Shown here: one piece after another, positions 33,935-37,526 of the stretch
How positions within the stretch are numbered: position 1 is the stretch's first letter
Layout: every line of letters begins with the position of its first letter
Source of the DNA: Bacteroidales bacterium
GTDB taxonomy: Bacteria > Bacteroidota > Bacteroidia > Bacteroidales > UBA7960
NCBI GenBank assembly: GCA_007128045.1
Contig: SKYG01000012.1
Coordinates: forward strand, 1-37,526
Length of the DNA: 37,526 nucleotides
Direction of reading: 5' to 3'
Made by a program: the position numbers and the translations under genes
Notes under the pieces: generated by a model
What the model was told of the DNA's origin: nothing
Database searches by the model: none
The model's input: only the letters and a program-made list of their open reading frames with translations

Positions 33935-35929
33935 ATGCTGACACCTGATTTTGTGCGCAAAGATGAGCATTTGCTACCCCATGCCGGGGCAATTACCGGA
34001 AGAATGCGAAAGGCGTTTAACAAAGAAAAAGAACTCACCGGAATTTCTGGATCTTTGTCTGACTTTGCCTTGGGATATATGTATTATGGACTGCATAATA
34101 AAGGGGATAGTTGGGTGTATCGGGATTGGGCACCCAATGCCCGTGAAATTTTTCTGGTCGGTGCATTTTCCGGATGGAAACCTGATGAGCGTTTTGCCGT
34201 GCATCCTCTTGAGAATGGGAACTGGGAACTCTCGATCCCACTCGAAACATTGCAACACGGCGATTTATATAAATTACATATGGTTTGGGATGGTGGGAGT
34301 GGGGATCGCATCCCGGCATGGGCAAATCGTGTGGTACAAGACCAAAATACGCTGGTGTTTAATGCCCAGGTCTGGAACCCGCCTTCTTCCTATAAATGGG
34401 AAAATGTAGCCCCTTCAAATAATGACTTTGTGCCTATAATTTATGAGGCACATGTTGGTATGGCCACTGAAAAATATGGTGTCGGAACCTGGGAGGAGTT
34501 TCGCACTCAAGTCTTGCCACATGTAGAAAAAGCCGGCTATAACACCATACAGATGATGGCCGTGCAAGAGCATCCCTTTTATGGGTCTTTTGGCTATCAC
34601 GTAAGTAACTTTTTTGCTCCTTCAAGCCGCTTTGGAACACCCGAGGAGCTTAAGGCACTTATAGATGATGCCCATGGCAGAGGCATACGCGTGATCATGG
34701 ATATTGTGCATTCACATGCAGTAAAAAATGAGGTGGAAGGAATCAGCAGGTACGATGGAACTTATTATCAGTTCTTTCATGATGGCCCCAGGGGAAATCA
34801 TATAGCCTGGGATAGCAGGTGTTTCGATTATGGCAAAAATGAGGTGCTCCATTTCCTGCTATCCAATTGTAAATACTGGCTTGATGAATTTCAGTTCGAT
34901 GGATTTCGTTTTGATGGGGTCACAAGCATGTTATACCTGGATCATGGATTGGGTTCCGTGTTCAGCAGCTATGACCAGTATTACAATCTTAATCAGGATG
35001 AAGATGCGATCGCATATCTTCATCTGGCCAATAAACTCATTCATCAGGTAAATCCAAACGCCATATCCATAGCTGAAGAGATGAGTGGAATGCCTGGCCT
35101 TGCCACACCACAGAGCCTGGGTGGCTATGGCTTCGACTATCGCCTGGCCATGGGTGTTCCTGACTTCTGGATTAAAACCATCAAAGAAAAGAAAGTGGAA
35201 CTCTGGAATGTAGGAGATATATTTTACAACCTCTCCAACAAACGTCTTGATGAAAAGACGATTCATTATGCTGAATCACACGATCAGGCCCTGGTAGGAG
35301 ATAAAACGATCATATTCTGGTTGATGGATAAGGATATGTATTTCGATATGCATGTCGATCGCCAAAATATCGTTATTGATAATGGGATGGCCCTGCATAA
35401 AATGATCCGACTTATTACCATCGCCACTGCCGGTAATGGTTACCTGAATTTCATGGGTAATGAGTTTGGACACCCTGAATGGATTGACTTCCCTGGTGCC
35501 CATAATAACTGGTCGTACCATTACGCAAGAAGGCAGTGGGGCCTGCGCGACAATCCAACACTCAAATTCAGGTTTCTGAATCAATTTGACAAGGCCATGA
35601 TCAACCTGGTAGATGATAGCAACATACTCCTGGAACCTTCCATTCCTGCTTATTTGCAACATACAGATGATCAGGTGCTTGTTTTTGGAAGGGGCAACTA
35701 TCTGTTTGTGTTTAACTTTAGCCCTTTTAAATCGTACACAGATTATTTAGTCCCTGTGCCCAAAGGTACGTACAAAATTGTTCTTGATAGTGATGACACA
35801 GTTTATGGTGGTTTTGGCAGGATAGATCACAGCTTTGATTATACAACCCATTATAATGAAAAAGAAAACAACAGCCTGAAACTGTACCTGCCCACACTTA
35901 CCGGGCTTGTTCTTAGAAGGAACAATTGA
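33935..35929 (+). CDS. glgB: 1,4-alpha-glucan branching enzyme (GH13, GH13_8-like)
   Basis: WAPNA CBM48, IYEAHVG, GFRFDGVTSM (nucleophile), IAEEMSG, YAESHDQ and LNFMGNEFGHPEWIDFP. Confidence 0.95.
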   Translation: MLTPDFVRKDEHLLPHAGAITGRMRKAFNKEKELTGISGSLSDFALGYMYYGLHNKGDSWVYRDWAPNAREIFLVGAFSGWKPDERFAVHPLENGNWELSIPLETLQHGDLYKLHMVWDGGSGDRIPAWANRVVQDQNTLVFNAQVWNPPSSYKWENVAPSNNDFVPIIYEAHVGMATEKYGVGTWEEFRTQVLPHVEKAGYNTIQMMAVQEHPFYGSFGYHVSNFFAPSSRFGTPEELKALIDDAHGRGIRVIMDIVHSHAVKNEVEGISRYDGTYYQFFHDGPRGNHIAWDSRCFDYGKNEVLHFLLSNCKYWLDEFQFDGFRFDGVTSMLYLDHGLGSVFSSYDQYYNLNQDEDAIAYLHLANKLIHQVNPNAISIAEEMSGMPGLATPQSLGGYGFDYRLAMGVPDFWIKTIKEKKVELWNVGDIFYNLSNKRLDEKTIHYAESHDQALVGDKTIIFWLMDKDMYFDMHVDRQNIVIDNGMALHKMIRLITIATAGNGYLNFMGNEFGHPEWIDFPGAHNNWSYHYARRQWGLRDNPTLKFRFLNQFDKAMINLVDDSNILLEPSIPAYLQHTDDQVLVFGRGNYLFVFNFSPFKSYTDYLVPVPKGTYKIVLDSDDTVYGGFGRIDHSFDYTTHYNEKENNSLKLYLPTLTGLVLRRNN

Positions 35930-35960
35930 TAAATTATGAACCATCCAACATCACGAACGG

Positions 35961-36118
35961 GATCTCTCACTTCGTTACCCATGATAAGTCTCTTGTAAAG
36001 CACTGATATACAAACTAATCGTACTTTTGCATTATGGCCTTAATATGCTGATTTTACATTCGTTTTGTCATTACGCATTGTGGCCCGGGGCCCGGGCTTT
36101 CCATTCGAGATGACAGGG
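35961..36118 (-). repeat. Split TGTCAT-type repeat arm with an internal insert of about 129 bp
   Basis: GATCTCTCACTTCG(TT) at 35961-35976 and TTCGAGATGACAGGG at 36104-36118 reconstitute the reverse complement of 11442-11468. Confidence 0.5.
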
Positions 36119-36149
36119 TGCTATGCAACAGCTTCGGTAACCCGGCAAC

Positions 36150-36174
36150 GGGCGACCACAAGGGTCGCCCCTAC
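36150..36174 (-). repeat. GTAG-family REP (GTAG-GGGCGACC-CTTGT-GGTCGCCC)
   Basis: GTAG head plus a perfect 8-bp GC-rich stem. Confidence 0.85.
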
Positions 36175-36207
36175 AGAAAAACAAACAACCCCCAACTCAC
36201 AACCCCC

Positions 36208-36585
36208 ATGAAAACTCTAAAACTTACCCGCAAAATCCAGGCAACACCGCAAGAAGTGTATCGCGCGCTGACCAATCCATTTACCATTGAATTATGGACC
36301 GGTGATCCTGCCGTTATGAGCGAAGTGGCAGGGGAGGAGTTTAGCCTTCTTGACGGGAATATTACAGGCAGGAATGTTTCCTTTGTTCCCGATCAGGAAA
36401 TAAAACAGGTCTGGTATTTCGGTGAAGACACAGAATCGGATGTGATCATCAGGCTGTTCCCGGATAAATCCAATACACAAGTGTGGGTTGAACATAGCGG
36501 CATTCCCGATGATGCGTATGATAATATGCGCGAAGGCTGGAATGAAGCCTATCTGAATCCACTGAAGGACTTTTTTGAAATATAA
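36208..36585 (+). CDS. SRPBCC/AHSA1 (activator of Hsp90 ATPase 1-like) domain protein
   Basis: I.ATPQEVYRALT, W.G..A, FSLLDGNITG, IKQVWYF and GW...Y; the ORF extension upstream of 36208 is translated REP sequence. Confidence 0.88.
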   Translation: MKTLKLTRKIQATPQEVYRALTNPFTIELWTGDPAVMSEVAGEEFSLLDGNITGRNVSFVPDQEIKQVWYFGEDTESDVIIRLFPDKSNTQVWVEHSGIPDDAYDNMREGWNEAYLNPLKDFFEI

Positions 36586-36624
36586 GGTATTCTCAATATC
36601 TGTAATTTCAATATGTTGTTTCTT

Positions 36625-36776
36625 TAGGGCATATTCAATAGGGCGTATTCAATACGTCCCTACGACTGCAACATATTGTTGATTTGAGGACAGGTCAAGC
36701 CCTGTCCCTACGACTGCACACCACTCTGATTGAAGGCCGGTCAAGCCCAGCCTATACCAACCCGTAACCTCGTAAC
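36625..36776 (-). repeat. REP cluster: GTAG REPs at 36641-36663 and 36686-36711, GTAT palindrome 36727-36757, GTTACGAG doublet 36761-36776
   Basis: Each REP is a GTAG- or GTAT-headed hairpin on the minus strand; three modules are inverted copies of modules within 11493-11777. Confidence 0.88.
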
Positions 36777-36780
36777 TTTT

Positions 36781-36840
36781 CAACACCTCAACACCTCAAC
36801 TCCTCAACACCTCAACTCCTCAACTCCTCAACTCCTCAAC
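36781..36840. repeat. (CAACWCCT)x7.5 octamer array
   Basis: Seven full units plus CAAC, ending at the rtcB stop codon. Confidence 0.95.
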
Positions 36841-37526
36841 TATCCTTTAATAACTGCCAGCGGCTGAAGTTCTGTGAGCACCTCTACCAGGTCTTTTTGG
36901 TTGTTCATCACCTCGGAAATATCCTTGTATGCACTGGTGGCTTCTTCAAGGTCGCTTTGGTTTCTGATGGCATGAAGAACTCCTTTTTGGTCAAGCTTCC
37001 GGATCTCTTCTTTCAGGTTTAGCTTTCGGATTGCTTCTTTGCGGCCCATGATCCGGCCTGCTCCATGCGAACAGCTTTCAAAACTCTCTTTATTACCCTT
37101 CCCTTTAACGATATAACTATTGCTGCCCTGACTGCCAGGAATAATACCAATGGTCTCTTTGGATGCTTTTGTGGCCCCCTTCCTGTGAACCATGACCTCT
37201 AAACCAAAATGTTTTTCCGTGGTTGCGTAGTTGTGGGCTATATTGATCATCGGACCAGAACGAAAGCTTTTGCCGAAATGGTGTTCAAATACATTCAGTA
37301 TATTGGTCATCATCATTTTCCGGTTGGCATAGGCGAAGTCAATACAATAATTCATTTCTCTGATATACTGTTGGCCTTCATCGCTCGACAGATACAGATA
37401 CGCCAATTGAGCTGATTTTGGTACCTGACTTTTCCACTTAACGTTGAATTCTATTGCCAGGCGGTTGTAATGGTCCGCAACCTGTTTGCCGATATTTCTG
37501 CTTCCGGAGTGTACCATGATCCAGAT
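36840..37526 (-). CDS. rtcB: RtcB family RNA ligase, C-terminal part; 5' end outside window
   Basis: Frame open to the window edge (IWIMVHSGSR); HNYA, HRKGAT, IIPGSQG, SCSHGAGR, AYKDI and PLAVIKG. Confidence 0.93.
   Translation of the reverse strand: MWIMVHSGSRNIGKQVADHYNRLAIEFNVKWKSQVPKSAQLAYLYLSSDEGQQYIREMNYCIDFAYANRKMMMTNILNVFEHHFGKSFRSGPMINIAHNYATTEKHFGLEVMVHRKGATKASKETIGIIPGSQGSNSYIVKGKGNKESFESCSHGAGRIMGRKEAIRKLNLKEEIRKLDQKGVLHAIRNQSDLEEATSAYKDISEVMNNQKDLVEVLTELQPLAVIKG

Noticed and set aside
36118-36207. N-terminal extension of the AHSA1 protein
   Set aside because: It encodes the REP palindrome (GDHKGRPY); ATG 36208 fits the domain start.
11493-36776. 25-kb invertible segment or composite transposon bounded by the inverted cassettes
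   Set aside because: Homology is limited to 16-31-bp modules with unrelated linkers, there is no recombinase or transposase, and the enclosed genes are core housekeeping. Dispersed repeats are the simpler explanation.
36840-37526. rtcB as part of a defence or RNA-repair island
   Set aside because: No partner genes (rtcA, rtcR, TROVE, prfH, toxins) are visible and the upstream context is outside the window, so this cannot be supported.

Overview
Chromosomal window from a member of the Bacteroidota, most likely Bacteroidales. This is inferred from TAnnTTTG promoter boxes, a FeoA-FeoB fusion, Bacteroidota-type LptD, DUF3822 and typical gene order. Bases 1-10.3 kb form an accessory-looking export locus: a beta-propeller-type lipoprotein truncated by the window edge, then TolC, a lipoprotein adaptor and two divergent RND permeases with non-canonical, asymmetric proton-relay residues. 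Bases 10.3-37.5 kb are mostly housekeeping genes: ilvE, dacB, mlaD-like, amidase, lptD, a pilin-like hypothetical, DUF3822, rsmD, coaD, NUDIX, pyrE, SRPBCC, birA, rsfS, ftsH, LUD, DUF2007, cdsA, psd, recQ, feoAB with a Cys-rich peptide, glgB, AHSA1 and a partial rtcB. Intergenic spaces hold many small non-coding repeats: GTAG-headed REP palindromes (one expanded into a 49-bp tandem array), a three-module cassette present twice in inverted orientation 25 kb apart, repeats nested inside other repeats, and 7-8-bp tandem arrays just after stop codons. I found no rRNA, tRNA, CRISPR array, transposase or integrase. All family calls come from motif recognition by eye, not database searches.
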